13,997 nucleotides of DNA. It comes from a bacterium (GTDB lineage Bacteria > RBG-13-61-14 > DATKZS01). Made by a program: the position numbers and the translations under genes. How positions within the stretch are numbered: position 1 is the stretch's first letter; each line of letters opens with the position of its first letter. The notes under the pieces were generated by a model. It did not search any database. It worked only from the letters and a program-made list of their open reading frames with translations, and had not been told where the DNA came from. Where the stretch lies: the NCBI GenBank assembly GCA_046484135.1, contig JAWOBU010000202.1, positions 1-13,997 of the forward strand. Reading direction: 5' to 3'. This document shows, piece after piece, positions 1-7,351 of the stretch.

Positions 1-3
1 TCT

Positions 4-31
4 GCCCACACAACAAGTTGTGTGGGCTATC
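4..31 (-). repeat. REP-like palindrome (GTAG-type variant)
   Basis: Perfect 11-bp arms GCCCACACAAC (4-14) and GTTGTGTGGGC (17-27) around AA. The minus strand reads GATAG-CCCACACAACTTGTTGTGTGGG, a GTAG-like tag abutting a palindrome. Only one copy is visible. Confidence 0.5.
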
Positions 32-173
32 ATGGCTGCCGAGTAGAGTGGGCTGTCCTGATGGCTGAGTGGTGTGCTCCATTTGACAAGGAAGAGTTGT
101 ATTTGGCCGATTGGAAACTTAAGACAAACGCCCTGCTTGCCGGAGACGCTGATGGAGGGAATGACCGGTCATA

Positions 174-193
174 AAAAACGGGGGAACTTCACC
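174..193 (+). repeat. Left arm of perfect 20-bp inverted repeat (partner 1816-1835)
   Basis: AAAAACGGGGGAACTTCACC is the exact reverse complement of 1816-1835. Confidence 0.9.
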
Positions 194-233
194 GAGTATA
201 ACGCTGGCCTCATACATACAGCCAGAGGAGGTT

Positions 234-272
234 TTTGCAAAAAGTCGGGACAGACAACGGGAGAGACCTGCC
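234..272 (+). repeat. ~40-nt dispersed motif, copy 1
   Basis: TTGCAAAAAGT (235-245)-N12-CGGGAGAGACCT (258-269); same blocks and spacing as 1852-1886. Confidence 0.7.
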
Positions 273-380
273 TGTCCGCGCTCCTCGGGCAGGCGGCGGA
301 AAAACAGTAAGCACCGTGGTAAGCCGGTCATGCTTATTGCTTCCCCCGTCAATTTATGCAAAAATCCTATCAATTCCGAT

Positions 381-420
381 CTTGTAAAAAGCGGGGAATC
401 CATGGGGGGACAGACCTCCC
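381..420 (+). repeat. ~40-nt dispersed motif, copy 2
   Basis: CTTGTAAAAAGCGGGGAATCCATGGGGGGACAGACCTCCC aligns to copy 3 (CTTGCAAAAAGTTTG-ATCGCATGGCGGGAGAGACCTCCC). Confidence 0.6.
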
Positions 421-447
421 TCTTTGCCCTGAATTCTTGAGGAAAGG

Positions 448-1143
448 ATGGTTGTAATGAGCGAACGCGAACTGACCGGTAAGTGTTATCTTTGCGGGCG
501 GTCCTTTAAAAAGAGCGGAATGACAAGACACCTGAAGTCATGTCTTGCCGCCCGGAGCGATCAAGGCTCCGCGGCTGGAGACAAGGGCTTCCGCGGGGAG
601 AGGTTCATGCACATTTCCATCCAAGGATGGCGTGATGATATCTACTGGATGCACGTGGAAATAAGCACCGAGGCCTTGCTTTATGACCTGGACCGCTTTC
701 TGCGGGACATCTGGCTGGAATGCTGCGGACACTTGAGCGTGTTTACTATCTTAAGAACAAGGTACTCGGTTGATCCCCTGGCGGAGCTCGACGAAGAAGA
801 CATGGAGGTAAAGATGGGCGAGGTATTGGCTCCCGGCATGAAGTTTTTCCATGAGTACGATTTCGGGACCCCCACCCTTCTCGAGTTGAAGGTCATATCC
901 GAGCGGGTTGCACCTGCCGGGTCGGAGAGCCTACGGCTCCTCGCCAGAAACGACCCTCCCGACATCGAATGCGACGTATGCGGAAAGCCGGCCACCCAGG
1001 TCTGCGTAGCTTGTGTTTATGACGAGGCTGGATGGCTGTGCGACGATTGCGCCCGGAACCACGAATGCGGCGAAGACATGCTGCTCCCGGTGGTCAATTC
1101 GCCCCGGACCGGAGAATGCGGCTATTGCGGGCCGTCCGTGTAA
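448..1143 (+). CDS. Cys-rich hypothetical protein, pRiA4b ORF-3/MM3350-like core with N- and C-terminal zinc-finger motifs
   Basis: 231-aa ORF with SD-like GAGGAAAGG; the start may be ATG 457. N-terminal CxxC...HxxxC, core with LxDLDxFLRxIW, GHLSxF and YDFG motifs, C-terminal Cys/His cluster and VNSPRxGxCGY. Confidence 0.75.
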   Translation: MVVMSERELTGKCYLCGRSFKKSGMTRHLKSCLAARSDQGSAAGDKGFRGERFMHISIQGWRDDIYWMHVEISTEALLYDLDRFLRDIWLECCGHLSVFTILRTRYSVDPLAELDEEDMEVKMGEVLAPGMKFFHEYDFGTPTLLELKVISERVAPAGSESLRLLARNDPPDIECDVCGKPATQVCVACVYDEAGWLCDDCARNHECGEDMLLPVVNSPRTGECGYCGPSV

Positions 1144-1742
1144 AATGTTGCCGGCCCCTCCCCCGGAGCATGCTTGCCCCATCTTACCCTTCGTATTATA
1201 ACGATTACAATTATCGCGGTTCCCAGGGCCAGGGCCACGAACAGAATGCCAAGTCCTCCGAAGATGGACGTCATCAGGTCTTTCATGAACCGGTTTCCCA
1301 CCGCCAGCACCATTTCTCCGCCCTCGCGGCCGTCCGGATAATCCGCGGAAATAATGTAGTCGCCCGGCCGGTCCACCCGGAATGACCAGACCGCACTCCC
1401 GCTGCGGCCGCCCACGTTATAGGTCGCGCTGGAAGCAGCGGGCTTGACCTCGAGCTCCCGGCCCGTGTCCTCCGCAGTAACCGTAAGCTGAAGTCCCGAG
1501 CTGCCGCCCGCAGTATACACCCGGCCCTGGTACACGCTCTTGTGCTCGATGAACACGGTGTAGTTGCCGGACTCCGTAAGGGTCAGCCGCTTCTCTCCCG
1601 GCACCAGCACCTGGGTGAGCGAGTCAGTGATGCCGGTAATGGAGCTGAAAAGGAAAAAAACAAATCCTCCGATCCCGATCAATATGATGAGTCCGCCCGG
1701 AATGAGGGGCCAAAGCCCGGGCTTTTGGGGCACGTGGTCCAT
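1122..1742 (-). CDS. Hypothetical membrane protein (N-terminal TM, beta-rich extracytoplasmic domain, C-terminal TM)
   Basis: 206-aa ORF with strong SD AAGGAGG upstream on the minus strand and two clear hydrophobic segments. Its 3' end overlaps the convergent gene by 22 nt. Confidence 0.8.
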   Translation of the reverse strand: MDHVPQKPGLWPLIPGGLIILIGIGGFVFFLFSSITGITDSLTQVLVPGEKRLTLTESGNYTVFIEHKSVYQGRVYTAGGSSGLQLTVTAEDTGRELEVKPAASSATYNVGGRSGSAVWSFRVDRPGDYIISADYPDGREGGEMVLAVGNRFMKDLMTSIFGGLGILFVALALGTAIIVIVIIRRVRWGKHAPGEGPATFYTDGPQ

Positions 1743-1815
1743 GGCAGGCCTCCTTTGCGAAACCTCTGTGTCATATCATAGCATACTCCGGCACTTTTGA
1801 AAGAATTTAAATTCG

Positions 1816-1835
1816 GGTGAAGTTCCCCCGTTTTT
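1816..1835 (-). repeat. Right arm of perfect 20-bp inverted repeat (partner 174-193)
   Basis: GGTGAAGTTCCCCCGTTTTT, 20/20 complementary to 174-193. Confidence 0.9.
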
Positions 1836-1850
1836 CAAACTTCGGCGCTT

Positions 1851-1889
1851 CTTGCAAAAAGTTTGATCGCATGGCGGGAGAGACCTCCC
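1851..1889 (+). repeat. ~40-nt dispersed motif, copy 3
   Basis: TTGCAAAAAGT (1852-1862)-N12-CGGGAGAGACCT (1875-1886). Confidence 0.7.
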
Positions 1890-1938
1890 GGTCTCGATCA
1901 TTGCGAGCTCCCGCTCGCTCCCACCATAAGAACTCGGC

Positions 1939-1966
1939 AAAAGGGCCGCCTTGGGGCGGTCCTTTT
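1939..1966 (+). terminator. Intrinsic terminator-like hairpin, possibly bidirectional
   Basis: AAAA-GGGCCGCC-ttgg-GGCGGTCC-TTTT; the stem can be extended by CTCGGC (1933-1938)/GTCGAG (1970-1975). Confidence 0.6.
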
Positions 1967-2134
1967 CTCGTCGAGCTCCCGGAAAGATACGGACCGGAAG
2001 AGCTCCGGGCCAAAGCTCCGGTTGCAGACCGGAGGCAGGGGTTATAAAGCACGGCAACGGAGCTCCGGCATAAGAACTTTACTGCCGGCGCTTTTTCCTT
2101 TTAAATAGGCGGGAGGGGCTAAAAGGAAGCAAAG

Positions 2135-3169
2135 ATGCCGGCAAAGAACAATGCCGATGGATGGGACTGGGTAGAGTTGCTGGTCCGGGCGGGAAAGCTC
2201 ATTGGCTTGAACCCGGTGCGGACGCGCTGGAAGCTCCGGTCGTGGCGGCAGCAGCTCTCGAACCGGAGAAGGAGCCTGTCCACCCGGGCGGGCTACATGA
2301 CCCGGAAACACCGGACCTGCCCGAGCTGCCGGGCGCTGAACAGCATGGAGGAGACCCACTGCGCCCGCTGCGGCGAAAAGCTGCAATCGCGCCCGGTCGA
2401 GATCGCGGGCCGTTTTCTGCGTCATTTCAACCTGGGGCTGTCTCCCGAGACCTTTCTGGCCATCGGGTTCGTGGCAGTGTACGTGGTAGTGGTGCTGAAC
2501 ACGGGTTCGGGATGGTTTGATTTGCGTTCCGCGGACCTGATCCGCCTCGGGGGCAACTCGGTCTGGTCTCCGGCCGGAGACAATCTGGTCCGCGAGGGCC
2601 TGGGAGTTCTCCAGGACCGATGGTACATGCTCTGGACCTCGGTGTTCCTGCACGGCGGCATCATCCATCTCGGGTTTAACACTTACGTGCTGGTCTACCT
2701 CTCTCCACTGGTCAGGAACGTGTACAGCAGCCGGAAGCTGCTGGCGGTCTTCTTCGCCTGCGGGATCGCCGGCTCTTTGGTGTCCTTTTTATGGCAGAAC
2801 TTCATGGTGGCCAGACCCACGGTAAGCATAGGCGCGTCCGGGGCCATCATGGGTCTTATCGGCCTGGTCATGGTCTGGGGCCACCGCGACGGCACCGAGT
2901 TTGGCAGGTCGCTCCGGAACTCGCTCATCAAGTGGGTCCTTATTATCCTGGTGTTCGGTTTCCTGGTGGGAGCGGACAACCCCGCTCACCTGGGAGGTCT
3001 GGCCGCGGGAGGAGCGTTGGCGGTCTTGATCCCGACCAACCTGAACCGGCCTGACACAAAGGCCTGGAGAGTCCTGGGAACCGTCTCCGCCCTTCTTTGC
3101 GCGGCCGCGATCATCTACATCACATATCTTGCTTTTACCATCCCGCCGCTAATGTCCGGTTCGGGCTGA
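2135..3169 (+). CDS. Rhomboid-family intramembrane serine protease with N-terminal zinc ribbon
   Basis: FLHGGIIHLGFN motif, catalytic GASG (SIGASGAIMG) and AHLGG His, multiple TM helices, and CPSC-x10-CARC ahead of the membrane domain. Confidence 0.93.
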   Translation: MPAKNNADGWDWVELLVRAGKLIGLNPVRTRWKLRSWRQQLSNRRRSLSTRAGYMTRKHRTCPSCRALNSMEETHCARCGEKLQSRPVEIAGRFLRHFNLGLSPETFLAIGFVAVYVVVVLNTGSGWFDLRSADLIRLGGNSVWSPAGDNLVREGLGVLQDRWYMLWTSVFLHGGIIHLGFNTYVLVYLSPLVRNVYSSRKLLAVFFACGIAGSLVSFLWQNFMVARPTVSIGASGAIMGLIGLVMVWGHRDGTEFGRSLRNSLIKWVLIILVFGFLVGADNPAHLGGLAAGGALAVLIPTNLNRPDTKAWRVLGTVSALLCAAAIIYITYLAFTIPPLMSGSG

Positions 3170-4249
3170 TCAGCTTTTCTTCATCCCTTCCACCAGCTTC
3201 TTCAGCTCTTCGGCCCGGTCCTTTTTTGCCACCAACGTCTTGTCTCCGGCACGGACTATGACGAGGTCGGAGACTCCCACCAGAAGGACGGTCTCGGAGC
3301 CGTCCTCGCAAAAGACCAGATTGCCTTCGGCGTCCAGAGTGAGCACCTCTCCGCGGCAACAGTTGCCCGCTTCATCCGCGGGAAGGTGGTCGGCCAGGGC
3401 GGCCCATCCTCCCACGTCGCTCCAGGAGAAGTTGGACTCGACGCACCTGACCTCGGCCGCCTTCTCCATGACCCCGAAGTCAACGGACACGGGCGAAAGC
3501 GCGGCAAAGGCGCGCGCGAGCAGCTCGTCCCACTCGGGCGTGTCTTCATGAGCGGCTATGGACAAGAGCTCGCGGGCGTGCTCGGGCAGGTGGGTCTCGA
3601 TTTCTTTTATCACGGCCTCCGCGCTCCAGGCGAACATGCCGGAGTTCCAGTAATAGTCGCCGGAAGCGACGTACTCCGAGGCGGTCTCCGGGTCGGGCTT
3701 CTCCTTGAAAGTCTGCAAGCGGAAATGCCGCACCCCCTCTTCCTGGAGCAAGCTCTCTCCCCGCTTCAGGTAGCCGTAACCGGTGGCAGGGTAAGAGGGC
3801 ATGATACCGAAGGTGTAGAGCGCGCCGGTTTCCTCCGCGGCCCGGGCCGCGGACAGGAGCGCCTTTTGGAACTCCTTCAGCGGCTCGATCAGGTGGTCCG
3901 CGGTAAGGGTCAAGATGACCGGGTTTCCGAACCGGTGCCGGGCGATGGCCGCGGCCAGGGCCACTGCCGCCGCAGTGTCCTTGCGCTCCGGCTCTCCGAT
4001 CACGTTGGAGGCGGGAAGCTCGGGCAGTTGTTCCTTCACCAGCCCGGTGAACCTGCGGTTGGTGAGCACCAGCACCCGCTCAGGCGGCACCAGGGAAGCG
4101 GCCCGCTCGTAGCTCATCCGAAGCAGGCTCTTGTCCCCCAGAAGGGACAGGAACTGCTTGGGCAGCTCCTCGGTGCTCAGCGGCCAGAAGCGCGTTCCCG
4201 CTCCTCCGGCCATGATCACCACCACCAGGTTTTCAGAAAATCTTTTCAT
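3170..4249 (-). CDS. manC: Mannose-1-phosphate guanylyltransferase (GDP-mannose pyrophosphorylase, no PMI domain)
   Basis: MAGGAGTRFWPLS..PKQFL, EPERKDTAAA, ADH, TGYGY, FKEKP, WNSGMF, SVDFGVMEK and WSDVGGW motifs; 359 aa with no C-terminal cupin. Confidence 0.95.
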   Translation of the reverse strand: MKRFSENLVVVIMAGGAGTRFWPLSTEELPKQFLSLLGDKSLLRMSYERAASLVPPERVLVLTNRRFTGLVKEQLPELPASNVIGEPERKDTAAAVALAAAIARHRFGNPVILTLTADHLIEPLKEFQKALLSAARAAEETGALYTFGIMPSYPATGYGYLKRGESLLQEEGVRHFRLQTFKEKPDPETASEYVASGDYYWNSGMFAWSAEAVIKEIETHLPEHARELLSIAAHEDTPEWDELLARAFAALSPVSVDFGVMEKAAEVRCVESNFSWSDVGGWAALADHLPADEAGNCCRGEVLTLDAEGNLVFCEDGSETVLLVGVSDLVIVRAGDKTLVAKKDRAEELKKLVEGMKKS

Positions 4250-4530
4250 TACTGAGCCTTGGCTCCTTGTTTTCCTTGTTAAAGCCGCTGAAAGCGGCTC
4301 TCACGGGTATTTTCCGGCTGGTGCCATGTCGAGTATTCTCTGTTGTTCAAACATAGAGCGTTACAGTGCGACCGATGGAGGTCGCGACTAAAGTCGCTCG
4401 CACGGTTTCAGTTGTTCCTTTCTTTTTTAACAAATGCTATTTTAGCAAGTCGGTTTTCTTTTTTGCAAAGCGCTTGCAAAGTAAAGGTCATCTTTGTTCT
4501 GATTCTTCTCTATGTAAAGCCGATGGATTA

Positions 4531-4539
4531 TGGTAGAAT
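4531..4539 (+). promoter_or_regulatory. Candidate extended -10 promoter for the acyl-CoA dehydrogenase
   Basis: TGgTAGAAT about 50 nt upstream of ATG 4590; no good -35 element. Confidence 0.4.
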
Positions 4540-4589
4540 CCTGTTGTGGTTCGGGGCCACGTAAATTCCAAGAGGGAAAGGAGTAAGAA

Positions 4590-6425
4590 ATGGCCAAGCT
4601 TGGTGATTATCGCGACCGGAGGTTTATTCTTTTCGATCAGCTAAAAATCCAGGATTTGTCCAAACACGAAAAGTTCCAGGACTTCGACCAGGAGACCTAT
4701 GACATGGTTTTGTCAGAGGCCGAGAAGTTCGCGGAGAATGTGCTTTGGGACTTAAACCAGACCGCGGACGAGGAGGGCTGTCGCTGGGAGGACGGCAAAG
4801 TCAGCACCCCGGAAGGCTTTACCGACGCCTACCAGCAGTACATTGACGGTGGATGGCTCACAGCGACCGACGATCCGGCATGGGGCGGACAGGGCCTTCC
4901 GCATGCGCTCGGCACTGCCTGCCACGAGTGCTTTCACGGTTCGAACAGCGCGTTCGCAAATTACCCGGACCTGACCCATGGCTCCGGCAACCTGATCCAC
5001 AGCTACGGCACTGAGGAGCAGAAGAACAAGTACCTCAGCAAGCTCTGGTCCGGAGAATGGTCCGGCACCATGTGCCTTACCGAGCCGGGCGCCGGCTCTG
5101 ACCTGGGCATCATGAAGACCAAGGCCACTCCCCTGGATGACGGCACCTACAAGATCGAGGGACAGAAAATCTTCATCACCGCGGGCGAGAACGACCTTCG
5201 CGAAAACATCGTGCATCCGCTCCTGGCCCGGATCGAAGGGGACCCGCCAGGCCCCAAAGGAATCTCCCTTTTTATCGTGCCCAAGAACAAAGTAAAAGAA
5301 GACGGGTCCGCGGGAGAAAACAACGACGTAAAGTGCCTGGGCATCGAGCACAAGATGGGCCTTAAAGGCTCCGCCACCTGCCAGCTCGCGTTCGGAGACG
5401 AGGGCAACTGCACAGGCGAGCTTCTGGGCAACGCCCGCGAAGGTCTCAAGATCATGTTCATCATGATGAACGAGGAGCGGCTTCTGGTTGCGACCCAGGC
5501 CATGGGCATAGCTTCCACCGCCTACCAGCTCTGCCAGGCCTACGCGCGCGAGCGATTGCAGGGCCGTCACCTGAGCCAGGGCAAGAACCCGGAAGCGCCG
5601 CCGGTTCCCATCATCCAGCACCCGGACGTGCGGCGGATGCTTATGTGGATGAAGTCCATGACCGAAGGGCTCCGTGCTCTCAATTACTACACCGGCATGT
5701 GCCTGGATCGGGCCCAGGTGGTCGAAGGAGACGAGCAGAAGTTCTGGCAGGGCATGGTCGAGCTCCTCACTCCCATAGTAAAGGCCTATGGCTCGGACAT
5801 GTCCTTCCGGATCACCGAGTACGCGGTCCAGGTCATGGGAGGATACGGCTACTGCTCCGAGTACCGGGTCGAGCAGTGCGTACGCGATGAAAAGATCACC
5901 TCCATTTATGAGGGGACCTCCGGCATCCAGGCCATGGACCTCTTGGGAAGAAAGCTCCCCATGGCCAAGGGAAAGGTCTTTGAAGGTCTCATGCAACAGA
6001 TAGACCCCACACTCGAAGAAGCCCAAAAGAGCGATCTGCTAAAACCATATGCGGAAAAAGTGGAAAAAGCGAAGAACGATTTTGTTGCCGCAGTCCGCCA
6101 CGTGGGAGGCGAAGCCGGAAGCGAGAAGTACTTGCTGGGCTTTTTAAAAGCATACCCGCTTCTCGAGGCCATGGGCGACGTGCTTTTGGGCTGGATGCTT
6201 TTGTGGCAGGCTTCTGAGGCTGAGAAAAAGCTTTCCGAGCTGGTGGGAGATAAGGACAAGAAAGAGGTCATAAATGACAACGACGAAGCCGCTTTCCTGG
6301 ACGGAAAGGTGCAGTCGGCCCGGTTCTTCATCGGCATGGAGCTTCCCAAGCTCTCCGGCAAGCTCGAGGTATTGAAGTCCGACGAAACCGCGGCACTCGA
6401 CATCGAGGAGAAAAGCTTTACCTGA
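4590..6425 (+). CDS. Acyl-CoA dehydrogenase, long (~600 aa) FadE5/DmdC-like type
   Basis: MCLTEPGAGSD, GQKIFIT, EHKMG, RLQGR, IIQHPDVRRML and IYEGTSGIQ (catalytic Glu) motifs plus an extra C-terminal domain; SD AAGGAG. Confidence 0.95.
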   Translation: MAKLGDYRDRRFILFDQLKIQDLSKHEKFQDFDQETYDMVLSEAEKFAENVLWDLNQTADEEGCRWEDGKVSTPEGFTDAYQQYIDGGWLTATDDPAWGGQGLPHALGTACHECFHGSNSAFANYPDLTHGSGNLIHSYGTEEQKNKYLSKLWSGEWSGTMCLTEPGAGSDLGIMKTKATPLDDGTYKIEGQKIFITAGENDLRENIVHPLLARIEGDPPGPKGISLFIVPKNKVKEDGSAGENNDVKCLGIEHKMGLKGSATCQLAFGDEGNCTGELLGNAREGLKIMFIMMNEERLLVATQAMGIASTAYQLCQAYARERLQGRHLSQGKNPEAPPVPIIQHPDVRRMLMWMKSMTEGLRALNYYTGMCLDRAQVVEGDEQKFWQGMVELLTPIVKAYGSDMSFRITEYAVQVMGGYGYCSEYRVEQCVRDEKITSIYEGTSGIQAMDLLGRKLPMAKGKVFEGLMQQIDPTLEEAQKSDLLKPYAEKVEKAKNDFVAAVRHVGGEAGSEKYLLGFLKAYPLLEAMGDVLLGWMLLWQASEAEKKLSELVGDKDKKEVINDNDEAAFLDGKVQSARFFIGMELPKLSGKLEVLKSDETAALDIEEKSFT

Positions 6426-6506
6426 TCAAACCGCCATGGGAAGAAGCGCATCTACATGCTTTAAGAAAAGGGCGCCGGCCAAGGCGCGGCCTAGGGGGAC
6501 ACCCGC

Positions 6507-7322
6507 ATGAAATGCCAGAGGTGCGGACTCGTTCATCCCCCTAAAGCACAGGTGTGCAGAAGGTGCGAGATAGACCTGCAAACCGGAGAACCCAGAAGCA
6601 GGGCTGACTCGTACCTGGAAGTGGCCGGCCGGAGCACGGGGACCACGCCGATTGAAAAAAAGAAAAGTCGGCTGAAAAGAAAAGAGAAAGCTGAAACCAG
6701 AGAGCCTGCTGAGTCTTCTTCCGAAGAAACTTCCGAGAGCCGGTCTCCCGCAGAGAAGCAAGGAGCCTCCGTCCAAAGAGGCCGCGACCTTACCAGGCTT
6801 CTGCCCGGCGGGTCGGGAAGCCAGGCGCAGGTAAGCTGTATTCAGTGCACCTCCTTTATGGAGGTCAAAAAAGAGTTCCCCTACTCGAGGGTCTATCCTC
6901 TACTTTTTCTGGCGCTGGGGCTGGTGCTGGCGGTGGCCGGCTTGTTTGTGCGGCTCCTTTTTCTGCCCGCGCTCGCGGCCGTGCTCGCCGGACTCGCTTA
7001 CCTGGGAGTTGGCCGGTCCTACTGGCTCTGCCCCTCCTGCGGCTACAGTATCGAAAGGGAAGACAGGCCGGTCCGGGACATGTTCAGCGTGGGCCTAAAC
7101 CGGAAAAAACGGCAGAGACACCCGGCCATCCGGGCAGTGGGACTCGTATTCAACTTCTTGCTTGTGCTTCTGGTCCTGGCGGCTCTCATATCCTCGATCG
7201 CGGGCGTGGTAAGCCCGGGCCTCGAGCTCCTGTTTCTCATCCTCGGTATTGTCGTGTTCTGGGCCATCGCAAGGATAGCCGCCGACATGGTGGTAAGGGC
7301 CGCTTTGACCCGGAACGCCTGA
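6507..7322 (+). CDS. Hypothetical membrane protein: N-terminal zinc ribbon, charged linker, LITAF-like CxxC-hydrophobic hairpin-CxxC, two further TM helices
   Basis: 271-aa ORF with G-rich SD; CQRC-x10-CRRC; CIQC...long hydrophobic stretch...CPSC; C-terminal hydrophobic pair. Confidence 0.75.
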   Translation: MKCQRCGLVHPPKAQVCRRCEIDLQTGEPRSRADSYLEVAGRSTGTTPIEKKKSRLKRKEKAETREPAESSSEETSESRSPAEKQGASVQRGRDLTRLLPGGSGSQAQVSCIQCTSFMEVKKEFPYSRVYPLLFLALGLVLAVAGLFVRLLFLPALAAVLAGLAYLGVGRSYWLCPSCGYSIEREDRPVRDMFSVGLNRKKRQRHPAIRAVGLVFNFLLVLLVLAALISSIAGVVSPGLELLFLILGIVVFWAIARIAADMVVRAALTRNA

Positions 7323-7351
7323 AATTAACCATAAAAGGGACTTGAAACAGG

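Noticed and set aside
155..275. Cobalamin riboswitch (AGGGAA...GGT and GAGACCTGCC resemble its ends)
   Set aside because: The central AAnTCC, CCCGCnACTGT and GCCACTG/GGGAAG elements are absent; GAGACCT is better explained by the triplicated motif.
74..403. Short ORFs 74-310 and 119-403 (similarly 1776-2108 and 13510-13950)
   Set aside because: They run across repeat or regulatory DNA, have no recognisable motifs, and overlap each other in opposing frames.
2005..2047. c-di-GMP-I riboswitch (CAAAGCTCCGG...GGGGTTA)
   Set aside because: No upstream GGCAAAC-stem-GNRA-stem-GACGC arm in the required position.
1905..2078. CRISPR-like array from AGCTCC repeats
   Set aside because: Repeats are under 11 nt, irregularly spaced, and there are no cas genes.
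3160..3180. Terminator between the convergent rhomboid and manC genes
   Set aside because: The stop codons abut directly (TGA|TCA) with no hairpin or U-tract; this is ordinary compaction.
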